Source: Ascidiella aspersa (lineage: Eukaryota). From it: a stretch of 64,000 nucleotides of DNA. The notes below the pieces were generated by a model. That model was given only the letters and a program-made list of their open reading frames with translations, was not told where the DNA came from and ran no database searches. The stretch spans positions 22,940,001-23,004,000 of the forward strand of contig OZ004609.1 of NCBI GenBank assembly GCA_963924565.1, given 5' to 3'. Position numbers and translations under genes: made by a program. Of this stretch, positions 51,501-64,000 are shown piece after piece. Each line of letters begins with the position of its first letter. Position 1 is the stretch's first letter.

Positions 51501-54500
51501 AGGCGAATATGTGCATTGATTAATTAAGCGTATCTTAGCTTTACAGATGTCTTTAAAATGATCCTGTTCGGGTTGCACGCACATAATCTTACAAAATGAC
51601 TTCTGCGTTTGCCTGTCACCTAGCGGTCAAAAAGGTAAATTTAATAAGTCGTCTCTTAGCTCGTACAGAGGTACTTTTCGAGAGTTGAACACTAGTTTCA
51701 ACTAAGCTGATTTTAATGTGAATTTAAAACAGCGTGGTGAAACCAATACACTAATGCGATTTGCACGACGGGCGATTGAACGGTTTATAGTTTAATCCGG
51801 ATAAGTTGCTTTAGCTTCAATATTTTGAGATGTCACTGAAGTGCATATCTAATAGATAACACTATTTTGCCAGATTCTTAGTGTTTGGACACAAAAAACG
51901 AAACAACACAAAAAAGCCAAAACGTAAAACCACACAATTATAGCAAGGATATTAGATTTTATAAAATTTCATGAAACTTAACAAATATCTGAATCCAAGC
52001 GTGTGTAAATATAAAACAATTGATTAACTGTTTTAGGGTAGTGTTATTGGTTTAGGTTAATTCTCATACTTTTCACCTCCAAAAAAAATTATCAAAAAAC
52101 GTGGCCCAGTGTGAAAATACAACATTGAACAAAAATCCCAAATAATAGTCAAGTGAATACCACAATGTGTTAATTTTTCGCATTTAAGTCTTTGTGTAGT
52201 ACTAATAGATAAACATTATAAAAAATAACACTAATGTTTTAACGCTCACTAGTGACGCGGCACACAGTTTGAAAACCACTGGTTCAGAGACTATTCGATT
52301 TTTCAAGATAAAAGAAAAAAAGCTGTGCATCTACTTTCTACATTGCCCTCAGTTAGAATAACAAATGACTTGTTTCTGTGGGTAACGGAGAGTGGTCCCA
52401 GTAAGAATGCGACCAATTGCAGAAGAGAACAAGGCATCACCGGCTTTCCCATTACCGTCTTTGTCTAGCAGGCACAAGAAGTCGCGGCCTCTTCTGTAAG
52501 GATCAACATCACTTAACGCCCTGTTTCGATTGGCGACCGAGCCGGCAAAGTAGCCATTGAGCACTGAAGCTGGGGACAATCACAAGGGGAAAGCGAGCCC
52601 TTGGAGAGCACTCGGAGAGAGTTGGGTGATGTGGAAAGCAAAGAGAAACAAGTGGTTGTCGTCCCTCTTCACAAGCCTACTCACGCCGCTTAGCGCGTCT
52701 GGTGTATAGCTTCCGTTATTCATTCCATATAAGAAGAGAACATCGTATAGTTACCCAAGCAGATAAAGGGATACACGATTTGTTAGAATAATTCCAAATT
52801 AAATTTTAATCGGAGTTTTTTTATTGGTAGAAGTTGGTTGAATGGCCAACGAAAGTGTTAGAGAGAGAGATTTTGCCGTACATGATCGGCGTCAGGCTTG
52901 ATTACAACTTATATAGAATTGTGATACTTGAGATTAAGACTAACACAATATTAGTGACATTAATATTTTGATATTCAGTAATTGTTGGAAAAAGCAATAC
53001 CACATCTTTTCGTTATGTTTTTAAATGTTTAAACTAAAATTGAGCTGATATTGCGTAAATGTTGTAATGTTCGCGGGTCGACTGGATTAACTTCGGACAG
53101 TGTTAAAAGCAGATTTTGATTGAAAAAATAATTATTTAAAATCTAATCTGCAAACTTTGACTGCGGCAATTTAGTAGTTCCAAATGCCAATAAAATCTAA
53201 CTAAAACAGTCAACCGATATCCCCTGGGAGTTCCGGTAATGTACTTTCCGTACGATCACCGACACGGGCTGTAAAAAAAATTATCATCAGTATGTTTATT
53301 CTGCATACAATGACCAATGGTATCATTTTTGTTCCTAAATCACCTGTCTGTCAAAAGCGAACGAGAAACAAAGGGCGTTTTTAGAATAAATAAAGCAATT
53401 AACTTCGCATTGAGACACACCCGCTTACTGTCTGAAAATATATTACCGACAAAAGACGAAAAAGTCATTCTATAATCTATAACGTGCCTTAGTATTCGCA
53501 AAGTATTCGCAGCCTTTATACGTTCTTCATGTGTTTATTAGATGCACATATCGGTTTCATTGATTTTTGGGTGTACTGCAACCCGGAATTGATCCACCAA
53601 TCGATGTTGTGATGATTGTTCTGCAGTGAGTCATATACCAACCCCCCTGAGTTTTGCAGTTAACGCTTTGTGTATTCCTTTGAAGAGGGGATGACGTTGA
53701 TGCACATGCTGTGTAATTTAAAGTATATCGATCCGAAATGACTCTTCTGCAGTGAAAAGCATTTAAAAAACAGGATTTACCTGTACGTAGCAATATATTT
53801 ACTTGTAACAAAAAATAATTTAGAAAGGAAATGCGTAGCAAGTTTATATCTTCGCATATTATTTTACCAGTAGGTAAATTGCACTAACAAAGTGCTAATG
53901 GCTTCTTTAGAACTTGATTTTTGATGTGTTTCAGTAACGTCATATGGCTTTAGATAAACAGTTAGATGTATTGCATTCAATGCAGGTTAAATAATATCAC
54001 TTGGTGTCTTAGATGAATGCATTGAAATAATTATCTAAAACGATCCAATATATTCGCGTTGATTCCTAGAGCTTATGTGCAATTAGCCTAGATATTGGCC
54101 CAACATTAGCAACATATTTGACAGTGGATACATTAGTTTTTGAAAGTTATTCGTGCAGTTGCATATGGCATTTTTTTACGTTAGTTTTGTATTTTCTTTT
54201 TGGCTTTGGAACTAACCTCTTTGAGAGTACTGCCAGCATTGCGTTCAGAAAAAAAAACAGTTTTCGCTGGAGCTGCGAAATAGTCTTAGGACTCAAGCGA
54301 ATAAAACAAGCATAAATAGTAACGCTTTTAAAGTTGCATAACACAAGGAACTGGTTTACGAAGACCTTAATTATCAATCATTAAAATATATGAAATTAAT
54401 TATATTAGGTACAATCGACACGATAGTTAGCAACATTGTATGAAAAGATAGTATAGTGGCTTTATCCAAAGAAAATGTATCTGCAAGAACTCAATTAAGC

Positions 54501-54635
54501 CTAACTATAATAATTAAAATAAATCAATTATCGTTTTAAAAGTTTTTCTAATTATCGAGAAATGTTTCTAGGTTCGCAAATAATTAGGTACATCACTTTC
54601 ACATTTGTTGTCTATTAGAATTTCTGTTTTAAAAT

Positions 54636-56933
54636 ATGTCTTCACAATTGAATTTCTTCGTCATCGTAATGGTGGCGACATTTCTTTACGGTAGGATTTG
54701 GTGTTATAAAAAAAGATTAATAGCCATAAAGCTTTTTATGTTCACAATAAATTTGTCTTTGTTTGGTTTTATTTCTGTATTAAATAAACAACGAGTTAAA
54801 AATAAGTTTTATTTAACTATTTTGTAACATTTTTATATAAACCAAAGGCAGGTGTGACACTACATCAGGGGTTCGCAACTTTTTCTGTAATCGCGGGCCA
54901 AAACCAAACTCAGAAAGGTCTCTGCGGGCCGCACAAAATGTAAACTAGAAATTGTGTTATTAAAATGTTAGAGCAACTTATAATCTCGTATCCTTTTTTG
55001 CACGTAAAAACGTGTTTAATTACATTTAAGGAGGCAGTAAGCAAACGCGAAAAAAGCTTTTATTTGGTAAAAAATTCGAGTACACACGTCGTCATCCATA
55101 CTACTAATGAAAGGTGTAGTAAAACTACTTTGAAGAAATGAGATACCCTTCATAGTTATTGTTGTTCAATGTAATTAACCTTTTTTTTATGTGTCCGGGC
55201 GCACCTGGCGAGCGAATCGAGCGTGATTTTTTTTTGGTATACCGGCATTGCTTTTAAATTTCTTGCAAATTTTTATTACATTGCCGAAAATGAAAAAATG
55301 TTAAAAAATAGATGCCCAATATTTTTGAAAACGTTTTCCGTTTGTCCGTGACGCACTTGGCAGCCTTCCACAGCCCAACGGTATAGAGGAGCTGACCGAT
55401 TTAAAAAAGAGCCACCAAAGGTAAACGCTAAAAATTTTTTGGACTTGCGTAGGTAAAATAGTCAAAAAGTAGGCCTATTTGAAATGGACTCGTGTCTATA
55501 GTTGGTCAAAGAGGCGGCGGGCCGGATGAATTACATTGGCGGGCGGGGTGCGTCGCAGACAAACGGAAAACGGGCCCGCGGGACGTAGGTTGCCGATCCC
55601 TGCACTAGACAGAACGTATAGGTGTATTAAAATATACTTCTATATATTATGTGAATTAGTAATGATCATGTTGGTACTTTGACAGGAGATTTACTTTTTT
55701 GTCATGTGAATGCACAAGATGAAAACGAAGACAATGGTGGAAATGCAACGGTAACACTTTATTTTGGCATTTCTTATTTTTATGTTTGTAAGTTATCAGG
55801 TCTAAACCGTTTTTACATGTATATTTTATGTTAACAAGTTTTTCGTGTGTCAAGTAACAGGACTTTTAAGTTCGCTATCTAAAGCTATGCAAGTAACTAG
55901 AATTTGTTGTAAAGTATAGTTTTTTTTCGTATTTTCTTTTTCCTACGGCAAAGAAACGCAAAATACATTTCAAATGTATTAATGATTCCGAACTTCCCTA
56001 AAATTGCAGGTGTCTCTGTTATGCTACAATTGTAACGCAACTGAAGATTGTGCACAGAAGCAGAACACTGAAAATTCAACCACAGATGAGTGCGACGAAG
56101 GAGCTCATTGCTGGGTATAAGTCTCCCTCTCTCTTTTAAACAAATATGAATTTATGTTATACAGATTTTACAATAGTCTTATTCTATCACAAGCTTGGTT
56201 AATCCAACGTATAACAAATTGCATCAAAATTGTTAGAAGGTTAAAGGCCAAACCTGTTTCTGATGACGTAGATTAGTGCGGTTCTCAAACTTTTTTAGCT
56301 TGCGCGGTAAGCCTACTGTAAAAAACATAAAATACCCACTGCACACTTTTTGCACAACAACAATTTCATAACTTGACATTCGTCTTTCAATATATGGCTA
56401 GGCATAAGTAAACGTCTTAATATTATCAGTTTTTAAATGGATTGTGTGCATTCTAATATGCGTAATATCCGCATTTGTATTACATAATATATATTTTTTC
56501 AAAACCTTATTCAGTATTTTTCAAAACCAGCATGTTTTAAAGCTTGTTACAAACCTTTGCTATTTCGTTATTCATATAAACCTTCAAATAACACAAAGTA
56601 CTACCGAGTATAGAATTAATTATCTGTGCCTACCAACCCTTACTTCCAAAAAAAAATTAAATTTGTTTTTGCCAGACTTGGAAAGACGAGGACGACGGGG
56701 AGGTTGTGTACAGGAGATCGTGTGGGGAAGCGTGTACCGACGAAAGCAAGGAACTGGACTGCAAGACTTCCAACAACCGTACCGAGTGTGCGCTTTGCTG
56801 TGACGACAACGTCTGCAACGGAGACTTGCTCGACAACGCCGTCTCGCGGATGCCCGGAATGGCTTTATACTCGCTGCTCAGCGTGGCGCTCATGGCAAGA
56901 CTGGCGTCGTACACGCTTGTTGCTACTCCGTGA
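54636..56933 (+). CDS. Ly6/uPAR (three-finger, LU domain) protein, secreted and probably GPI-anchored, 4 exons, 160 aa
   Basis: Exons 54636-54690, 55686-55750, 56010-56114, 56676-56933 (483 nt, phases 1/0/0). Protein: MSSQLNFFVIVMVATFLYGDLLFCHVNA-QDENEDNGGNATVSLLCYNCNATEDCAQKQNTENSTTDECDEGAHCWTWKDEDDGEVVYRRSCGEACTDESKELDCKTSNNRTECALCCDDNVCN-GDLLDNAVSRMPGMALYSLLSVALMARLASYTLVATP. It has a hydrophobic N-terminus, LxCYxC start, CCxxxxCN end and a hydrophobic C-terminal tail. Confidence 0.9.
54866..55602. mobile_element. hAT-type MITE, family A copy 2 (737 bp), in intron 1 of the Ly6 gene
   Basis: Ends CAGGGGTTCGCAAC / GTTGCCGATCCCTG; flanks CACTACAT / CACTAGAC (6/8); colinear with 35563-36231. 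Confidence 0.88.
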
Positions 56934-57082
56934 CCGGAAGGCTGAGGCGCTTGTGCTGCTGTTGTCATTGACTAATTGCACGTGTATTTTTAGCCGATTT
57001 GTGATGGTAGCTGTAATGCGTGAACACGCCACTGCGCGTAATGATCTCGTTTTTAGGTCGCCTGGTAACCACCAAACATGTA

Positions 57083-57088
57083 AATAAA
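57083..57088 (+). terminator. Candidate poly(A) signal of the Ly6 gene
   Basis: AATAAA 150 nt after the TGA. Confidence 0.5.
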
Positions 57089-60000
57089 ACCTATCCTATA
57101 TACACTTACGACTGCTGCACGTCCAGATTTTAGTAATCACTATTTTGTACTCTACTTTAGGTTTTCCTTATGGACCGTTCACCACACAAAGTCGATATGC
57201 CAATTCAAATGCCCGAGACCAAATTGTTCTTCGAATTTAAGAGCAACGTTACGTCAAGTGAGGCGATACACCAGCACGCGTATTCGTGAAGGGGTCGATT
57301 GCTGCATGAGTGCAAAATTAGTCATAATCCGTATTTGGAACACTTTGCCAAAAGCGTGGCAAAAAATAACTTTTTCTGCAATATTACTTTTAATTAGGAG
57401 CGAGAAATGCTGACATTTGTAATTCCTAGAAAGGTTGTGCAACGATAAACTCGGAACGTAATTATAAAAACTACCACTTATAATGCATAACATTTAAAAA
57501 ACACAAATTTAATCTACAACAACGAGCAAAGAAAATTTATTTTGGTAACATCTCGTGGCAAAACACCTTATATGTGTAATCAAGTTTGCATTGCGGCAAG
57601 TGTGCAAATCGGAAATCGAAGTGTGTCGACCGGTAATTGCTAGCAAGCTAAATTTATTAGCACACACATAGCCTAAATATATATTCAATGGTTTACACAT
57701 ACTACAACACGGAAGGGAATCGTAATTTCCAAGCAGGCAGCGGCATAGTTATGTAAACGCGCCGTCCAGTTCCCGCTCCCCTGGCCATTATCTATTGTGA
57801 CGTGACGCTTGTGAAAATGGCCGATCGATAGTTTTTAAGCGATCAGCTGATCCTCTGCGATCAGACCAGATCAACGAATTGTTCCTCCGAAGACGGCCGA
57901 GTGAGCGACAGAGCTGGGATTGTTTGATTACAGGTTTATGATAGTCAATCCTGCGTGCTGCAAAACGAAGCATATACAAGTCCTTGTTACCTGTTCAAGT
58001 CGCGGCAACTCTATAATGGAATCAAAAAGTGTTAAAAAGGTATAGATGCCTATTACGATATTGCTAATTTTTTGAAACCATGATCTTTTTTGCAAAATTA
58101 TTGTAGTGGGGGACGACTTTCCAGCTATAATTTTAGTTTCATTTCAGTATGACGTTTCATTTTACCTCGATTTGTACAACGTAAACTAAAGAGTTAACAT
58201 TAAATTAAGCTACCTGAAAACCAATTTAATTAAGAACAGATAAGAGCCAATTTGACAATAAAAGTTAACGAATCCACAATTACCAGAGAACAGCACGGAT
58301 TTATTTTACCTAGATACAACTTATCGATATATAACGAATCAAATATTTCAGCGATTGTCTTCAAAAAAATTCTACATTTCAAATAAAATAAGGTGCTGCA
58401 AAGTAATGCATGGTTCGTTTGTATGACTAGACACCTTTTATCGATAATATGACAGATTTATATCAATTAACTTCCATCGCCTAACGAAAACAGTTAGGTA
58501 TGCAGGGGCCTTGAACCGATACAAACAGGCAGCATTGCCAAAAATAGCCTACTGTAGAGGCTGATTTACAATTACATGCAAATTATAACGCCAAAACACT
58601 ATTGTAAGTTACGTAAAATGTAAAACAAGTCAGCCTGCGTTTACTTGTTTATAGTATTTTCTCAATTCCGCAACAAAACTTTTATCGCTAAACTATGTTT
58701 GTTTGGATTATGTTGCTAAATGTAGGCAGGTTGCGCAAGTGTAAAAAACAACTTTATTTTTTTAACGTCGACTCATCATATACCGATAGAGATTATATTT
58801 ATAACTTCACAATAGTTGCTAAACATACTATATTTTTAATTGTGCATCACGGGAAAAAGTACGGAAAATTAAATGCGAATTACGTTATAAACATATCAAC
58901 AGTATTTGATTTCCAATTTTTTTTCATCGCTGTTATGTACCGTACCTAAAAATTTTTTAAATACAAAATAATATAACCAAAAATTAATTGAAAATAGAAA
59001 GTTTCAACACTAAACTACCTGTAAAACCGCAGCATCATTAAAACAAGTATACATTATACAGTATAGTTCTATACAGAAGGACCGAAGGGACATTAAATGC
59101 TATTCGATGTAGCCAATATCAACGACAGTGAACAATCCTGAACATGCCAACGCTGGTACAGAAAATGTGGTTTAATAGGTCAATATTTCACACGTTGTGT
59201 TGTTCGTAAAGATCAAACATTCGTTATAGCTTTTTTTTACCAATAATCGAAAAAATGCGCAGATTCTGAAACATAACGTTTTAAGTATAAAAAACGTAAA
59301 CGGAAATCCAGGGCAATACGGGTAACATTGCCGAAAACTGAAGCTGATGCTGGTTTCGGTTGAACATGTGTGCCACGTGGTAAAAGCAAACACTGTGGGA
59401 ATTTCCCCGAATTCACGAACCACAATCGATTACCAATAAAATATACTGCTTGTATTGTGACGAGAACGTGGAGATTTTAATCTCGAGTGGAGGTCTACTT
59501 TGTTTTCTATACAAACTTTCCAATAGTTTGATTTTATTTGTGTACGCGGAGCCTTTGTTATTGTTTTTTTTTTTTTATAAAAGACAGATTAACCACTAAA
59601 CTTAAGGTTCACACAATAAAACCGTTTTTTTAATATATATCGACAATAATTAGAATTATTATATTAACAAAATTTCATATCCTTCTATAAGTATCAACAA
59701 CACACTACCACTAAAAAGCATCACCTGAACACATAGATTGAACGCAACTTAATCAATTAAAATAAATAAAACCACTAAACTTTGAATATCTTGTAATCCA
59801 CTCTGATTTCAACTGGGAAAAAAACATGAAGGAAAATCTTTGGCGCCGCAAATCAATTCCAGTAACAGCGTGTTTATTGTTCGCGCGCTTAAGCGGTCGA
59901 TCAATTTAAAAATAGATCCAAAACTGAGAAAGCTTTGACTAAAACAGGGCTCCTGTCGCCGCTTAGCAATAAATTGGACGGCTTAACGTAATTTGGCTCA

Positions 60001-63000
60001 ATTAAAACACGGGGCCTAAAAAGGCGGACAACAGGATGAAATTGTTTCAGAAAACGTGTTGCTAACCGAAAACTAACCGCGCTGCGTTTTCTTCCAAGGT
60101 CCAATCATGATGCGTTTTTGGGGGGGCGTCTCGCGTAAGAACCCGCACTCGCGTTCACGCACTCGTTTAGTAGTTAAATTTTGGACAGGATCCCTCAACA
60201 TATAGCGTCGAACACGGGCGGCAGTCTGGCCATATTCGGAGATGGGAAATTCCGCGAAACGCCAAACACGGCAATCGCCAATTAGGCCTACCTTGTCGAA
60301 AACGTGCCGCGGCCGATTGAATCGCATGTGCATTTTTTGTTCGGGACCGGAATGCATCGGGGCATTAGCGACTAATTAGGAATATGTAACTTGGCAACAA
60401 AGGCCCCTGATGTACTATAAATAGACGATGCCATGATATCTATAGCGATTTTGGACAAATGCCAATGCTTACCAGTTTGCATTGCGTTCAATTTTCCTTT
60501 TGCATAGAAGAGAAACAAAAATTAAAGTGATATAAATAGCAACATTTGGGAACATTACAGCTTCCGTTGATGAAAAAATGGTGTTTTCCTACTAATTTAA
60601 TATTCTGGTTTCCACTTTAAATTCCAAAGTCTGAGATATAGACCATCAAAAGATCATTAGCATAACGTGTAAACACGATTGCAAAAGGCTTCCGTATTAA
60701 CATTCAACACTTTCAAGCTCTATATTTGTACGAAACGCCGCATACCTGCTAACAAACGCTTGCGCCTTAATCGGATAATAAGGTGACGAACTCTCCTCAA
60801 CGGCACACCCCTTGCTTATATTGAATTGCGAGAATAGAATGTTTGGCGAATTTTATTTTGATTGCCACGGCCGCGTTTATTTTTCTTTAGGGTTGAGCTC
60901 GACGCCCGCATTCAAATTTACAACGCAGCGTTTGAACCGACGAACATTTTTGCACGTTGTTCAACCAAAAGCGAAGCGGGCTAGGAAGGGCGACAGACTT
61001 GTATTCAAAATTGCCCTTGTTTGTTTGTCGACCTGCGCGCTTGGTGGCTTGCTGTGGCCGCTTAGCCAGAATGGCTTGAATTTGTTGACGATCATCGCTC
61101 TGCGTTAAAACGGTGAAAGTTGTTTACGGAGGCGGTTTTTGTTATGCTTTCTGAAGCCTCGTTTCGCCAGAGCGTTAACAAAAGCCGCTTTATCTCGCGC
61201 AAAAACAAAACCGTCCGACGGGCATACTTGGAATGGGTGCGACTTGTTGGGTGTGCCGCCAAATGTTGACATTAAAATAGTTTGCAAATCATGCGTCTTC
61301 TGAACTATAACCGCACCGCTACCGTCCGTATTGTGAGAAAAACATTTTGGTACAACGGTCGAATTCAGTCACAAATAAAATCCCTACCGATATGTGCGAG
61401 TACAAGCATATTGCAAGGAACTCCATACAATTTACTGCTAAGCAAACTGATATTGCTTTTTGTGATGATATTTACTAATAAATTTGGTCATTAAAACGAT
61501 AAGGGGTTAAATTTTTGATTTGAGTATTATTTAAATAGAATAATCTATTCTAACTGATGGCAAGTCACTTTTAATTTCTGTATTAAAAACGAGGAATTTA
61601 AACTACATAAAGATTAGTGAGTCATTTCGTAAAAATTATTTAAACATCTGAGTTATTTAGTAAAATTGACTCAAATTAGTAAATTTACTGAGACACAGGG
61701 ACTAAATGGTAATTTTGCCCATAATGCTAATCTTTCAAAAACCTGCCAAAATGAAATTACTTCGACCAACATTGCTAGTTTGGTAAAAACAAGCTGACTA
61801 ATATTATGCATTAGTTAAAAATCTGCTGTCACAAAACTTCCTCCGACTGTTATAGTATTACGGCCCAAAATGTAACCTATCGTCAAATGATATTTTATTT
61901 ATAGAGATTTCCACGAGCGGTATACATACTGAAAGAATTAAACAGTTTTTGTGGTCAAACAAAAGGCGTATAGTAAGCTGAAAAACACTTGTATACGAAT
62001 GTTTGAGTGGATAAAAGAGTTATTTCTCCTATGAAAAGAAAAACTGTGCAGTTTCTGTCTGTAGCATAATTGTTCAAGGCAAAATAAATACCGGTTTAAG
62101 TATAGATGTATTTTGGAAAAAAAGCAACCAACCAACCATATTTTCAGAAAGAGAAAAGATTCTAATGTTGCAAAATGTTTATTTTTAAAACAGATTATTG
62201 TTGTATAGGGGTATCCGCAATATCTGTAAGTAGACCTATAATACTTCCTCGTGAAAACGTGGGACGGCGTACACCCAAGTTTAAATAAAGATTATATAAT
62301 TATGACTAACGTTTCTCAAATGCGAATTATGCTAATCTTTTAAAAAGGTTGTAAGAAAATAAATACACACCAAATATTTTTTTAAACTGGCCATTGTCTA
62401 ATTTAAATGCTCTAGTTTTATAAACGCGACACTTTCAGCGATTTGCATATTATATTCATGTTTTTATATTCAACTTTTGTAATAAACGGGAATCGGTTTT
62501 CTTGTTTTTAGTAAATAATACCGAAACAGGTAAAATACCAATAGCGTCTATTATAAGCCAAGGCACAACAAAACAGACTATTTAAACATTCGCTTTCGAC
62601 AAAAAACGTATTTAACAACGTATCAACTAAAATTCATTTGAAAACTGATTCCCGCGAGTATTATATATACACCAAAGCCCGCCATTTTGCGTGTGGTGCT
62701 TATGAGACGAGCAAATTGCGTCACAGGGCGCGTTTGTGAAAAAAGTGAGCACATACTTTGCAAACATGTCAACCTTAAAATTTATATAAAATCTTTGGCA
62801 GTCCCTTGTTCCTCTTACAAACTAAATTTGTGCAAAGCGTAATAGCTTAAATCAGGTGTTTAAAATCTTTTACCTCAATGTTTAGAAAGCATAATTCCCT
62901 TATTTATCTAATTTTAAATTTCCTGACACTAAACTTTTAATGATTGGACAGGCGCACTAAAATGTCAGCGAGAAAATAACAATTTTCTTTAATGGAAAGT

Positions 63001-64000
63001 GGTTCTTAAAATAGGTCGTGCGCTCCACCGATAGGGGTTGGGAAAATTGTGGTTGTGTATGGATGTTTCTGTAATTACAAAACAAAACCATATTCTTTTC
63101 ATGTGTAAAAGTTTCGGTGGAATGTGACATTTAAAAACAAGTGGGTTCTGGTCCTATAATATTTAAAAATCTTTGGTTAGGACCCTTCTCAAAGCGGAAA
63201 AAGCAAAATTTTTAAAGCAGCCAAAAATCATTAACTTGGATTTCACCGATCGTTATCTTGTGACGCGCAAAGTATAGATACAAACCTCGGCTGCGTTCAG
63301 CGACACTTACATAAATGTTATTGTCTACATATTTTGCAATCAAGCGATTTTGCCGGAGCCCACCTCCACATAAGGGAGTTGCAAACGACTAATTCTAGTC
63401 ACACTGCCTTCGTCGGTGATTTATCCGTGATCAATGCACGGCTGAAGGAGAAACGTCTCTGTTATTTTGTTAGATTTGCGCTCGACAAAAAACTCACTAA
63501 ATATTTACTGTTGAAAATATGCTACAAAACAATAAGGAGCTTTTCCTATCAGCTTTTCACCAAATAGTTTCACTCAAGTTTCACCATACAGAATGTTTTG
63601 CTCACTTTATTGAAGCAATACACTTGGAACCACTTTTTCTTGGACGATAAAGAACTGTAACATAATAATCACAATTTAATCAATTAGTTATAAGGTCATC
63701 CGCATAATCCATTTAAGTGTGAGATCGTGTGTTTGTCACGCCAGTAATAATGATGTTATAAAGTTGTGAAAGAGCGTTTTTGTTTGAATTGTCGGCGACA
63801 CAAATTTCAATCTATCTAGCGAGTAAAGTCAAAGGCATGAGTATGACTTTAAACGGGCTTTAACTTTCACTCCTCGATAGGTAATTTACATTTTATAGAA
63901 AAAGTCACATGGTACGAGTGCCGATATCGGATTTGTCCTCCTGATTAAGTCATTACAGGGTCTTAACTTCTAATCGCCCGCCAGGTGTTTTGCAAGGACT

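Noticed and set aside
50908-52281. Possible 1.4-kb hAT element defined by CAGTG-type ends
   Set aside because: The ends match poorly and the flanks (TTTTAGAC vs GTTCAGAG) are not a convincing TSD; may be two separate fragments.
52349-52579. Minus-strand ORF with EF-hand-like DKDGNGK
   Set aside because: It lacks the position-12 Glu and a partner hand, starts at TTG and has no splice support.
1-64000. CRISPR arrays, operons or other prokaryotic systems
   Set aside because: The sequence is clearly eukaryotic with spliceosomal introns, and no repeat-spacer array was seen.

Overview
AT-rich, intron-containing animal genomic DNA with short introns (down to ~90 nt). The compactness suggests an invertebrate such as an ascidian, but that is inference only. 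Three spliced genes were reconstructed by hand with GT-AG sites and matching phases. (1) + strand, 1496-16099: 23-exon DIS3L2 (RNase II/RNB 3'-5' exoribonuclease, ~920 aa, catalytic [13 protein letters not shown] intact). It has an unexpected N-terminal segment resembling a PTB/hnRNP-L-type RRM. (2) - strand, 26731-20955: 8-exon, ~711-aa protein with long coiled-coil segments and a C-terminal FADD-like death domain split by a Ser/Pro-rich insert. Its last two exons and 3' flank lie in an apparently perfect 2289-bp tandem duplication (17309-21891) with TTCAA junction microhomology. (3) + strand, 54636-56933: 4-exon, 160-aa acidic Ly6/uPAR three-finger protein with signal peptide, 12 Cys and a GPI-type tail. 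About 28 kb between genes 2 and 3, and 57-64 kb, show no convincing coding sequence. Many non-autonomous DNA transposons (hAT-type with 8-bp TSDs, one Tc1/mariner-type) and fold-back repeats are present. No rRNA, tRNA, CRISPR array or transposase gene was found.
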